DNA of 63,559 nucleotides, the filler included, from Pirum gemmata (taxonomy: Eukaryota), in NCBI GenBank assembly GCA_002812295.1. It is 17 parts of 17 records of this genome, joined end to end, with 100 filler letters (N's around TTAATTAATTAA, not from the genome) between each part and the next. Parts side by side here need not be neighbours in the genome. Positions count along the whole stretch, not along the records: positions 22,109 to 25,749 come from PDIN01002223.1; positions 25,850 to 29,488 come from PDIN01002224.1; positions 29,589 to 33,195 come from PDIN01002225.1; positions 33,296 to 36,933 come from PDIN01002226.1; positions 37,034 to 40,652 come from PDIN01002227.1; 12 more parts are not named here. One strand, given 5' to 3'. Position numbers and translations under genes: made by a program. Shown in pieces: positions 24,627 to 37,093 of the stretch; the stretch's first letter is position 1, and every line of letters begins with the position of its first letter. The notes under the pieces are model-generated. The model was not told where the DNA came from and ran no database searches. It was given only the letters and a program-made list of their open reading frames with translations.

Positions 24627-24940
24627 CTTGTTTAATTTTTTTATTTATTTGTTTGTTTTGTTTGTTTATTTTGTTTGTTTGTTATATTATTTTGTGCTTA
24701 GTAAATTATCTTATTCTATTCCAATATGTTTTTTTTCAGGGATCATTAATTTAATCAATCAATCGCAAACTTTGGAATGCAGTGCAAAAAATTCAAAAAT
24801 AACTATAACTCAAAGTACGTTTTTTATTTTTATTTTGTTTGTTTTTTATTTTGTTAAAATATATTTTANTATTTTATAGGAGTTTACACTTCGTAAATTC
24901 TGTTATTTATACCTGTTTTTAATGTTTATGATTTTTTATG

Positions 24941-24985
<45 letters not shown>

Positions 24986-25076
24986 TTTCTAGTATTATTT
25001 TTTAAAAGTTTTTTGTGATTTCGTTTTACACAAGGATAAATATTATTCCACAAAAAATATGGTCGCCTTTTTTTTA

Positions 25077-25124
<48 letters not shown>

Positions 25125-26431
25125 GATATAGGGGGTGTTTTGGAGGGATTCTGAAGTGATGTATAATATTTGTTACTTATAAATGATAATAATGTTTACT
25201 TATAATAATATATAACATATATATAATAATATATTTAATTATATAGCTGTAGTGTCATCAATGTCATAGTATAAATAGAAAGGGAAAACGTAAAAGCATT
25301 GTAGAAAAAGTATTCTGCAAAGTTTACTCTAGTATCTAATACTATCTAATTAAGGATTGTAAATAAAATGAAGAAATGACGAGCAGTATTAATTAAGTTG
25401 TTAATCAAAAATTGAAATTATTTATAATTAAAAGTAGTTATATAAATACGTATACATTATAAATTACTTTGGTATTTAATATTGTAAGTTATAATATGTA
25501 TTATATTATTTATTTAGTAAACATGGTTGTGTATATTATAATAATATTATACTCTCAACAATATAAATTAATACGCTACAAAAATTTAATTATTTTACAA
25601 CACTCAAACAAAATAAAACCTTACACAAATTATAATCTTACTCCTTTGATTACAACTATTATAGCAAGTAAAAAGAGGCAACTGGTACCATTATTTTGGA
25701 AAGACCGCTACCTTTATTAACTATATTATAATCATACTTTCTAAACCTANNNNNNNNNNNNNNNNNNNNNNNNNNNNNNNNNNNNNNNNNNNNTTAATTA
25801 ATTAANNNNNNNNNNNNNNNNNNNNNNNNNNNNNNNNNNNNNNNNNNNNATGTTTCAAATCGAAAAGGGTTAGTTTTTCAATCATTTCAAACCTAATTAA
25901 AGTATACATTCGAATAGAAATTCTATGACGAATTCGAAGTATTATAATAAAAATATATTTGGGGGTTTCAAGTTTGTTTTGGTTTATTATGATTAATAAA
26001 ATGTGAAAAGGGGCGTCAGGAAAGTTGAAATTTATTTTTTATTAATAATATTGCCATATATAAAAGTAACAAGCTCTATCACACCTAGCTGAGTAATTCT
26101 AATTTGTAAGTATCACATTAACTTGAAAAATTATAAAAGAAGTCGAAATTGAAGCAAAAAAACTAATAACTCGCTCTATTGTAAAATAAAATAACCAAAG
26201 TTTTAACGTTATTCTTTTTTTATAAAATTTACTTTACTTTAAATTTACTTGGAGATATGGGAAAACATAATCGAATCAAACAGCTCGATCCTAATTATTA
26301 AATAGTGACAATTTTGAAATGATATTCTTTTTTTTTTTCGAGTTTCAAGTCTTCCTATAATATTCTAAGATTTTTTTAAGAATTTTTAAAAAAGTGAGTC
26401 AGTACTTAAAATTAGATCGAAAAATTTACAC

Positions 26432-26985
26432 CCAGGAAGTGCCCTCTCAACAAATCGTAACTCGATAAAGAATGCTAATGGTAGCTGGTACAACATAGTA
26501 AGTGATACTGTAGCTGATGCTGCCAACGGTAACCCAATCGCATTCAGCGGGAGCTCGATGTATGAAGATCAAAAACGTGGAGTTGAATCTTTTGATGACG
26601 TTAACCATTCTGTGAAAGGCTTGATTGGTAGTGTTAATAATAGGGGACTATAAGGACTATAGGGGACAATTCAAAAAGGATGTCAGTGTGTTATAGCAAA
26701 CTTCTAATATTTAGAATTGTGAATAAACATACATTGTTTACAATATTGTAAAATGCCAATTTATCAATAAAAGATGCCTAAACGTAAGATCATAGTGACA
26801 ATCCTTTTTGAACAGTTCCTAGTTTCGGTAAACAATGTAGAAGACTGAGATGTATATCGATCCTGATTGTGAGTGTGTGATCTAGCATGATTTAAAGTGT
26901 TCTTCGAAAAACTTAAAACATGCCTTTGACTCCTGTATAGTTATAAATTCGAATCAACTTGGGGACGTGGTGAAAGAATATCAAT
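26432..26985 (+). pseudogene. Possible decayed coding fragment between and under MITEs
   Basis: About 73 open codons (PGSALSTNRNSIKNANGSWYNIVSDTVADAANGNPIAFSGSSMYEDQKRGVESFDDVNHSVKGLIG). A MITE follows at 26661-26820, then coding-like sequence with in-frame stops. No family recognised. Confidence 0.35.
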
Positions 26986-27153
26986 GCTAATACTAATACT
27001 AATATTAATACTAATACTAATACCAATACTAATACTGATAATACTAATACTGATAATACTAATACTAATACTGATACTAATACTAATACTAATACTAATA
27101 CTAATACTAATACTAATACTAATACTAATACTAATACTAATACTAATACTAAT
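26986..27153. repeat. (CTAATA)n microsatellite; a (GTTATA)n tract follows at about 27325-27595
   Basis: Direct reading. Confidence 0.95.
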
Positions 27154-28139
27154 ACGAATGTGGATATGAAAATTAAAAAGATAAACTTGATAACACATCA
27201 TACACTCATCATACGATAAAAATGTATATTTATAATTCTTGTTTTTGAACAGTCGAATATTTTAATATCTTTGTTATATATTAATGAATGAAAAATTATA
27301 ATTATATAGTCACAGATAGTCATAGTTATAGTTATAGTTATAGTTATAGTTATAGTTATATTTATATTTATAGCAATAGTAATAGTTAGTTATAGTTAGT
27401 TATATGATAGTTATAGTTATAGTTATAGTTATAGTTAGTTATATTTATAGTTATAGTATAAATATAAAAAAAATAGTTAGTTAGTTATAATTATATTTAT
27501 AGTTATAGTTATAGTTATAGTTATAGTTATAGTTATAGTTATAGTTATAGTTATAGTTATAGTTATATAGTTATAGTTATAGTTATAGTTATAGTATCAA
27601 ATTTACGGCGTTTACCTCATACTTTAGACGTCATGGAAACAGTTAAAAAAAATTATTCTTCTATTGATGTATTTATTGACTTTTAAATTTTAAAAATTAA
27701 AAATTAACAACTAAATAACTGTTTTACATTAATTAAACTGTTTTACATTAAACTGTTTTACATTATGGAAAAATCACTGGGAAAAATCACCAACCAAAAA
27801 TAAAATTCCAGAAATCTTGCCTGTATTATTTGCTTCCTTCCGGAAATCTTCCCTGCGCTTTAGTAAATTTCATAAATATTACCTGCGTTTTTATTTCACT
27901 TCCGGGAATCCCTGCAATTTTTTTAAGTTAAAAAAAAACTGTAAAAAATCCCTTAGGTGGAACGAATTTTTTTTTATATATCGACTACACTTGTAGTCTA
28001 AAGTGATGACGTAATTACACCCCTCATATTATTGAGCTACCTTCAAAAAGTATCCCTTTCCAATTTCCAATTTCCGAGGAGGAAAATTATAAAAATCTTT
28101 GTCTTTTTTTTTTTTTTTTTTTTTTTTTAATAAAAATTT

Positions 28140-28187
<48 letters not shown>

Positions 28188-28295
28188 GAAAAACAAAAAA
28201 AAAAAATGCAAAAAACTTAAAACTCAAATGATATCATTCCAGTTCTAAAACATGGATACCTAGTTAACTATGGATTAGAGTAGGAAATCTACATC

Positions 28296-28519
28296 TAGGA
28301 GATACGGGAAAACATAATCGAATCAAACAGCTCGATCCTAATTATTATATAGAGACAATTTTGAAATGATATTCTTTTTTTTCGAGTTTCAAGTTTTTTC
28401 ATCAAATTGCCAAGAATTTTTTAATGAAATCAAAGGTGGGCCATTACTTAAAATTAGATAGAAAATTTTCGAAAGTTTCGAACTAGTCTCGATTCGATGG
28501 CTTTTCCCGCATCTCCCTA
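28296..28519. mobile_element. MITE family E (~220 bp)
   Basis: TIR GGAGATACGGGAAAACATAATCGAATC ... GATTCGATGGCTTTTCCCGCATCTCC. Other copies at about 8960-9090, 26251-26430 and 54012-54246. Confidence 0.8.
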
Positions 28520-29190
28520 TATTTTGATCTAGATTTCGATCTAGAAGCTAAAAAATCAAATGAAAACCGAAAAAAAAAAATCTCCGATTAGATTTAAAGA
28601 GTGTGATTAGACTTTTTTTTTCGATATTTTTTAACTTATCTTTTCTACTTTCTTTTTAATTTTTTCTACTTTTTTCTACTTTTTTCGAGTTTTTTTCGAG
28701 ATTATCCGAGCTTTTTCCAATATAATCTAAATTTATTCGAAAGAAAAATATTTTTTATAAACCCCTCCCATTAAAAATAATGATAATAAATAATACAAAA
28801 TAAAAACACAAACAAAAAGATGATAAAAAACATTCTTATTACCCGATATTCTTGATTTTGAGATCAAACTTTTTGAAATTCAGTTTTGAATTTTTCGGTA
28901 TCAGGTTAACAAAAAAATACAACAATTTCAAAATCAAATAGTGAAGATAAAATAATTTCGAATTCAAAAAATACCAATTTCCTAAGCAGTAAATTTAAAA
29001 AAAAAAAAATACTACATTTTTCGAAATTTCCAGCTCAAACTAATATTCCCAATTATTCTTTCACGAACACACACTAAGTAATAATAAGACAATTTTTCAT
29101 TTTTGTTTTTGCTTTTGTTTTTGCATTTGTATTTTTGCATTTTTTACTTTTTCATTGACAAGACCTAAGTTAGTTTATTGAACCAGGGCT

Positions 29191-29384
29191 TCATTTGTTG
29201 GTTTCAAACGTTTGCGTTAGCCAAGTTAACCCGTCCGCTAAGCCTTCATTCCGGGTAGCACATGAAGGTTGCACGTGCCAAGGCCGATCTTTTATTTGCC
29301 GCATTGCAAGTTTTTCGGAGATTTCTTCTAATGACATAGCTTCTGGGAGGTCTTGTTTATTCGCAAATATAAGAATAATCGCAT
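29191..29384 (-). CDS. ARF6: Last exon of an ARF6-like small GTPase
   Basis: [64 protein letters not shown]. It has the NKQD G4 motif and the ARF6-type [21 protein letters not shown] and GLTWL. Acceptor CAG at 29385-29387. Confidence 0.85.
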
Positions 29385-32297
29385 CTGTATTATATCATTA
29401 TTGTTATTATTGTTGTTATTACTATTATTATTATTATTATTATTATTGATAATGTTACATGTTCTTATTATTATTCTAATTTTTTATCNNNNNNNNNNNN
29501 NNNNNNNNNNNNNNNNNNNNNNNNNNNNNNNNTTAATTAATTAANNNNNNNNNNNNNNNNNNNNNNNNNNNNNNNNNNNNNNNNNNNNGTTAGGGTTAGG
29601 GTTAGGGTTAGGGTTAGGGTCAGGGGTAAGGGTTAGGGGGGGTAGGATTTGGTAATAATAGACTATCATAGTCCTAAAGATTTTTAGAACTAGCTCTAGC
29701 TACTAGCTAGTCTAGTAGAGGAGTCACACGTAGCTACAGTCTACTGCTGCAACTACTGCAGTCTAAATATGATAGGTCTACTATGCTAGGTCTACTATGT
29801 ATTGATATCGTCTATTTCATTGCAGTTGTCCTCAATCTTTAATTTGGTACTGTTTACTTTTAAATGTATAATTGAACTTGTTTATAAATACAAAACATTA
29901 AGTATAAAATACCAAAATAATTAAAACATGTCTCTGATAGTTTAACGATAATAATAATTTGGTAGGTTTATTTCAGTTTTTGAACTGGACAACACTATTG
30001 AAAAACACAATATCCGATATTTATTCAGGTACCGTATACGATACAGTCTATGATATCATATATATATATAAATCAAAGTATTTATTTTAATATCATATAT
30101 ACGATAAATCATGTGATATAGGATACTGTGGATTCCCCCGTCTTCGCTTCCCCCGTGTATTAATTAATAGTGTACTATTTTAATATTTTATATTATCATA
30201 TCATAATAAGACTCGCTGCTTTTTTTTCAGTAGACGTCTCTAGGTAGACGTCTAGCTGGATGTAATTTTTCAATGTAATTTTTGTAGACCTAGACAGTAC
30301 CTAGACCTAGCTAGATTGAAGAAGAAATGATAATCTAGTAGCATGGGTCTCTGAGTCTGGGTCTCGAGTAGCATGGGTAGTCTATATTTTAGTCTAGCTA
30401 GACTAAATGCCACTTTTTTTTTTATGAATGATTTATTATAATAATATTATGATACTTTTATTATTTTGCTTTTCATTTATTATGTCACTCATTTATTTGG
30501 TTGGTAATATTATTTAAGTTGACATTTTTAAAAATGAATAAATAGATAATATAATATACCAAATTAAATTAAATGGATTTATATAGTATTAATTCGGTAT
30601 TCTTTATTGTATATTTTATGATGACAGAATTTAGACCTCTACCAGGTAGCTAGTACCAGGTAGCTACTCTAGGGTAGCTACTAGTCTACTAGCTAGCTTA
30701 GCCTAGCTAGCTATGATAGGTCTACTCAGTATCGATATGATACTATCATAGCTATTAGACTATCATACTAGCTAGCTAGACTACTCCTACTAGTCTACTA
30801 GCTAGCTAGCCTACTAGCTAGAGCGGCACTGCTGCGGTATCTATATCTAATATTTATGAGAAACATATCGATATCTATATATATGATATATCAACTATAT
30901 ATCAGCTGATCTATATAATAATTATGATATCGACTGAGAAATAGTGAGAAAAACTGAGAATAGTTCTAAGAATCGATACCAGTATTTAAAAGTACTATTT
31001 ATTTAGTCTACTTATTTAGTTAGATACTTATTATGTTATGTCTAGACTAGACCTATGATTAAAGTCTATGATAATATTTAGTGTTTTTCCATTGTGTTTT
31101 TCCAGTTCAAAAACTGAAATAAAAGTACCAAATTATACAATTTATAGTAATTTATTTTATACTCAAATTATTATAATTAATAAACTATCGGGAATGTTTT
31201 TTAAAAGGTATGTGGCTCAGTCAGTGCTGAGGTGGCTCAGAGAACTCTCAGAGAGTCGAAGAGACTGTCAATTTCTAGTCTACTGTGAGTCTGTGACTGT
31301 CTACACCTAATAGTTTAATTTTTTAATAAATACTATGGACGTGCGTCACGTGACTACTACTAGCTAGGACCTGACTCTAACTAATGGTCTCGAATAATCT
31401 CGATAGCTGTCTGGTAATATTATATAGACTATAGACTGCTATCATATATTGTCAAGATGTTAAACTCTTGCCAAAAGTCACATCTGGCTTCTAACATCGG
31501 GTTCATAATTCATATATACTACAGTATTACTACTAGCTCATAACATTATGATGAGATTGTATATGTAAATATTAATAATATTATTGATGATATATCATTA
31601 TGATGTATCATAATAATTAAAGACCCAGGTAAAAAATCCTGGGGTCTTTCACCCATATTCGATATAGACTAGTACTAATGTAGTCCACTAATGTAGATCT
31701 ACAAAAATTTCATCGCTTTACCAATTACCATATTTTTAATATGTATCATAGTAGCTATCATAGTTGAAACAGTATTTGAACACTTAAAATTTTGAACACT
31801 ATTTGAACAACTATTTGAACAGTAGACCTATGTGAACGCTCCGCTCCCATACGTACCACAGTACTCCACAGCAGCTGCTCCACAGTGGTGGACAGTTGGT
31901 GATAGGAGACCTGCCACAGTGGAAGCCTCAGTGGAAGCCTGGTCTCATACTATGATAAATTGATAATATATCTAGCTAGCTAGCTAGAGTGGCATTACTG
32001 TGGCATTGCTGTATATAATTATGCATAAGATAAGAGCTAAGATAAGTATGATTATAGTATGATTATAATGTATCTCACGAGCTCGCTGCTATCCGATATT
32101 GATATTTTTATCATATGATATTATCTATTAGTAGCTTTTTAGTTATCATAGAATAAGTCATAGAATAACTGATAGGTCTACTAATATCCACATTTTTATA
32201 TGATATGTCATATCAATATAATATCTGTATTATAGACTATCATATTTATATACCCAGTATTCAAGAGGAACGGGCCGCGTTACGGGCGTCTTTTTTT

Positions 32298-32436
32298 TTG
32301 AAGTCCTTGATAAACTTTATATATATCTATATATATAGCAAAAAAGTGGTTATTTTCGCCGCGAAAATAACCACTTTTTTGCTATATATATATCCAAGGA
32401 CTTCAAGAAAGTTTTTTTTACATGAAGTCCTTGATA
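32298..32436. repeat. Perfect 32-bp-arm hairpin flanked by TCAAGGACTTCA/TGAAGTCCTTGA termini
   Basis: 32328-32359 is the exact reverse complement of 32361-32392. TGAAGTCCTTGATA occurs at 32299 and 32423, and CAAGGACTTCAA at 32395. The same terminus forms a mini-palindrome at 36280-36311. Confidence 0.85.
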
Positions 32437-32945
32437 TATGCATTTAATATCATATCTATATTAACCCTAACCCTAACCCTAACCCTAAAGACTCCAAAAA
32501 CTGTCTTTGATCATAGACTAGCTACTAGCTAAGCTAGTAGTGTTTCTACGTATCGATATTATTAACGTATACAATAATTACGATACATGTATAGTCTACG
32601 ATACCACTACGATACCACAGTTCTACAGCTGTTCTACTACTACAGGTTAGAGAGTTTAATACTTTAGAATTCTACTACGATAGTCTAGTACGATAGCTAT
32701 TAGCTAGCTAAGCTATTATCAATATGATATCTCATATCTGATAACTATTATGATATATACAATGATTCATATTAGCAGCTCTAGCTGCAGCTCTAGCTAG
32801 TGTATTTTTCGTTACAAAAATTTCTCGGAATTTTTTTCCAGTATGATATGATTATGATATTATACTGATATTATGATAAAAAAAATCATAAATTAGTCTA
32901 TTACAAAGAGGTACGAGTCCGTACGACTGTACGACCATACGAAAA

Positions 32946-33058
32946 GTACTACCGAATGAGGGGTAACGAATCCACACGATCGTCGATATGACTCCGTGAC
33001 TTCGGCGCTTCGCAGCCCCCATTTCCCCGCAGCATCACTCCTACTTGTAATGGTATAC
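32946..33058 (-). ncRNA. Candidate structured ncRNA (113 nt) downstream of tRNA-Ile, family unknown
   Basis: GC-rich island. The 5' GTATACC pairs with the 3' GGTAGTAC directly before TTTT. Internal helices contain G-U pairs only on this strand. Folded by eye only. Confidence 0.45.
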
Positions 33059-33092
33059 TTACATTAACACTTTCTTTTCTCTCCTTAAGAAA

Positions 33093-33166
33093 TTCCCCCT
33101 GCAGGGGTCGAACCTGCGACCTTGGCGTTATTAGCACCACGCTCTAACCAACTGAGCTAAGGAGGA
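33093..33166 (-). tRNA. tRNA-Ile (anticodon AAT)
   Basis: TCCTCCTTAGCTCAGTTGGTTAGAGCGTGGTGCTAATAACGCCAAGGTCGCAGGTTCGACCCCTGCAGGGGGAA. Acceptor TCCTCCT/AGGGGGA, anticodon arm TGGTG-CTAATAA-CGCCA, T arm GCAGG-TTCGACC-CCTGC. Confidence 0.95.
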
Positions 33167-33585
33167 TAACTAAAAAAACGAAAAAAACAAAACCANNNNN
33201 NNNNNNNNNNNNNNNNNNNNNNNNNNNNNNNNNNNNNNNTTAATTAATTAANNNNNNNNNNNNNNNNNNNNNNNNNNNNNNNNNNNNNNNNNNNNAAAAA
33301 AAAAAACCAAACAGAAAACCAAACAAAAATCTGAAAAATCACTAAATGCTACAATTTTAATAAAAGTACTACCAACTAAAAAACTTTGTTATGAATAAAT
33401 TGGCAGTTTTTAAATAATTTGGCTAGTTAGAAGGTTTTAGAAAAGAAATCTAAAAAAAAAAAAGATTTCTACAGTTTTACCCAGCATGACTGTTAAATTT
33501 TTTTTTTTTTTGAAATATATTAGCACGAACCATTTCAGAGGAACCATTTAGACTATAATTTTTTTTTTTTTTTTTTTCATCAAAT

Positions 33586-33616
<31 letters not shown>

Positions 33617-34058
33617 AACCATAGCATAGTAGCAGTCTAGTTTTCTAGGGTAGTTTAGTTTTTTTAAAAAAAGTTCACAAAGGGGTATTTTAGATTATAC
33701 CGGGCAGAAATGTAGTGCTAGGGTGGTGGGGGGGGGCTAGCTAGTTAGCTATCTAGAGCTAGAGGGTAGTTCTGACGGTAGTCACTGGGTAGAGACTACT
33801 TTGTAAGTAAGGAGGGTATTTTATTTATTTATTATTATATCATAAATGATATCAATATTTTATTATGCCCTAGTAGAGTCCTAGTCGACTAGTAATAACG
33901 AGACTGTTCGGCTCTCTTTTATTACCTGAGCAGATTCCTCATCAAAGCTATTTTCCATTGGATTATTCAAAAATTGACAATTTTGTGTACTTTTCATTAG
34001 TCTAAAATAGAGCCAGTAAAATACTACTAAAATAGCTACTAAAATACTGTGATGGCCA

Positions 34059-34292
34059 AGTAGGGGTGAGATATCTACTGGAACTTTTTTCGAACAGATG
34101 ATTATCGAGCCGACCTTAGTTCCGTGTTTCTTACTAATAATAGCAGTAATATAGCTTAAAACAGTAAATGTAATTATTGTAGATACCAATTAAAGTAATA
34201 CTATTAACATTAATAGTAATAAAAACCATAAAAATCGGAAAAGTTCCGGCAGCTGTTCGGTAATAATAAAATGACGTCATCTCACCCCTACT
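34059..34292. mobile_element. MITE family D, 14-bp TIR and 8-bp TSD (hAT-like)
   Basis: GATGGCCA|AGTAGGGGTGAGAT ... ATCTCACCCCTACT|GATGGCCA. Truncated copies at about 21488-21703 and 34730-34890. Confidence 0.9.
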
Positions 34293-37093
34293 GATGGCCA
34301 CCTAATTTAGGTATTTAGGTAGTAATGAAAAAATACTAGTATGCATTATTGCTACTATGCTGGCCAGGGGGCGTTCAAATAATACGTCACATCAAAGGGT
34401 AGGTAGGTAGGCGGTATTTGACCAAAAAGAAAACGTCAAGGGGTAGATACATAGATTTGAAGCAGCATTTTACCGAAATTAGGGTTACGTAGTACCTGAA
34501 CGCTCCCTGGCTAGCTAGTAGACTAGAGTTAGCTAAAGTAGACGGTCTAGCTAGGCTAGCTAGCTAGAGCTATCATAGCTGGAGTGGGCTATGATAGTTT
34601 AGCTACTAGCTAGAGCTAGCTACTAGTAGTAGTGCTGCAGCTGCTGCTATCCCCGTCTAGCTATCATAGCTATATGATAGCTAGGTCTAGCTAGCTGGCT
34701 AGCTCTGGCTAGCTACTGGTATAAGTTATAACAATTAGCAGTTAAATAGCTTAAAATAGTAAATGTAATTATAATATATACCAATTAAAGTAATAATATT
34801 AACATTAATAGTAATAAAAACATAAAATCGGAAAAGTTCTGGCAGGTGTTCGGTAATATCATAATAAAATGACGTCATCTCACCCCTACTATATCATATC
34901 ATAAATTCATAATCAGTATCGATTGAGTCTAACTAGAGTCTAACTAGACTCTAACTAGCTAGTAGTACATTAATTAATAATAATAAAAAGGAAAATACCA
35001 AATAAATACCCTAGACCAAATAATTAAATAATATTATAATCTATAAATTATAATAATTATTATAATAAATTTAGGCTATCTATTAGATAAATTTACTTTT
35101 TTTAATTAATTAAAAGCAATAAATTAATAAAAATAAAACCACATATCATAATATAATCATTTTTATGATTAAATTATGGATAATTATCGATAAAAAAGAA
35201 ATATTGGTTTTTTTACTAGCCAGCTATGGTTTTTTTAATAACCTTCGTTCCTAGCTACTAACTAGAGTATCATATTATCTGGCTTTATAAATATTGTTAA
35301 ACGTTGTATCCGATATGATAGTAGTTGTAGTCAGTTGTTGTGGATATTGTTTTTTTATCTCCAACTACCTAGTAATAATCCATATCATATGTGAGGATAA
35401 TGTGTCTGACTTCTATCATAAAGAATTTTCGGTAGTTTTGATATTGATTCATCTCAAATCATTACTGGTGGTCTACTAAGCTACTACTCTACTAGAGATA
35501 TCAGATAGTAGATACCTCTTAGCTAGGTAGCTAACCGTAGCTTAGCGTCCTTCTAGCACGCGGTGATAGTCTCTAGTCTCTTTCTTGAAGCGAGACGAGC
35601 TTTGAAAACTTTTTGAAAATGTACACACATGTATGTAAAAAAGTGTATGCATATGAAAACTTTTTGGAAATGCGCTTTTCATTTATTTTGTCATTCTTCC
35701 GAGTATTTATTTGGTTGGTTGTAATTTTTTAACTGACATTGTTAAATGAATAAATGGATAATAAAATATACCAAATTAAATGAAATGGATTTATATTATA
35801 TTAATTTGGTAGTCTTTATTGTATATTTTATGATGAAAAAACAATGAAACCGAAAATCGCTGGCTTGCGCCATTTTAGGTTTTTAATATTATCGATAGCA
35901 GTGGTGGGTATACTACATGACGTAATCTATTAATAAATGCTCTCAACGCTATAATATGAAAAGTAGTATTTTGGCCCCTCTCAATTTTGACTTACTATTA
36001 ATTGGTGCGTATCTTAGTTACTATATATAGTAATTTTAAAGTAGACAGGGACAATTTAATGACGTCAATATCAGTTTTTTTAAAAAAAAGGCTCGAAAAA
36101 ATAATAGTAAAATTCGATCTACAGTCACTTTGTTAAAAAAGAAAGGAATGATGAAAAAAAGCACTCTAGATCCGAAAAAAAACAAGGAAAAATGAAAGAT
36201 CGATTCGATGATTGGTGTTGATTTTGGTATCATGTCAATGATGTCATTGAAAAAAAAAAAAAATGAAAAAAAAAATAGTTATCAAGGACTTCAAATTTGA
36301 AGTCCTTGTTATAATATTATACTCTTGTTATCATAATATTATACCTGCAACACAAATATTTTAAAAAAAACAAAACTTCAATGCTATATTGAATCTATTG
36401 AATCATAAAACACTAAAAAGTGACAATTTCACCTTGTTTTTCTTGAAAAATCCTAAAATTTGAGCTATTTTTTATTAAAATTGGACCATTTACGGTTCTC
36501 CAAGGTACGTTTCTGCACAAAAAAAGTTCATTTTTTAATTAGTAGAATGACCAACTGTTACAGTCTTACAGAACTGTCTACAAAAACGATTATTTTAGTG
36601 AGTTCAACTATGAATTGTAAATGTTATTGCAAATGCAACAAAGGTAGATGCTATGTTTGTGATAGTTGTGTATCATAATAAATATCCATATTTACATATT
36701 TATAAATGCTTATCGATACTTTATCGATACCTAAAAATTTTTAAGAGAGAGGATCTATAATAAAAAAAGGTCCATAACACAGGACCATAGGGGTTTACAA
36801 CTTTACAAGACCAAAATAAATATGAGGAGAACGCTAAGTGAAAGTCACGAAATTTCGGTGGATGGACGAGAGGGGAACAACCTCCCCCCCCCACACCCAT
36901 CAAGAATAAGAGAAGAGAATAGCAATATAATAANNNNNNNNNNNNNNNNNNNNNNNNNNNNNNNNNNNNNNNNNNNNTTAATTAATTAANNNNNNNNNNN
37001 NNNNNNNNNNNNNNNNNNNNNNNNNNNNNNNNNTATTATCATTATCATTATTACACATCAATACTAATGTTAATATAATGTTATTGTTAATAG

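Noticed and set aside
32927..33060. 5S rRNA (TACGACCATAC start) or telomerase RNA
   Set aside because: Similarity to 5S ends after about 11 nt, and there is no CTAACCCTAA template.
33881..34189. 102-aa ORF
   Set aside because: Runs through MITE family D; no recognisable domain.
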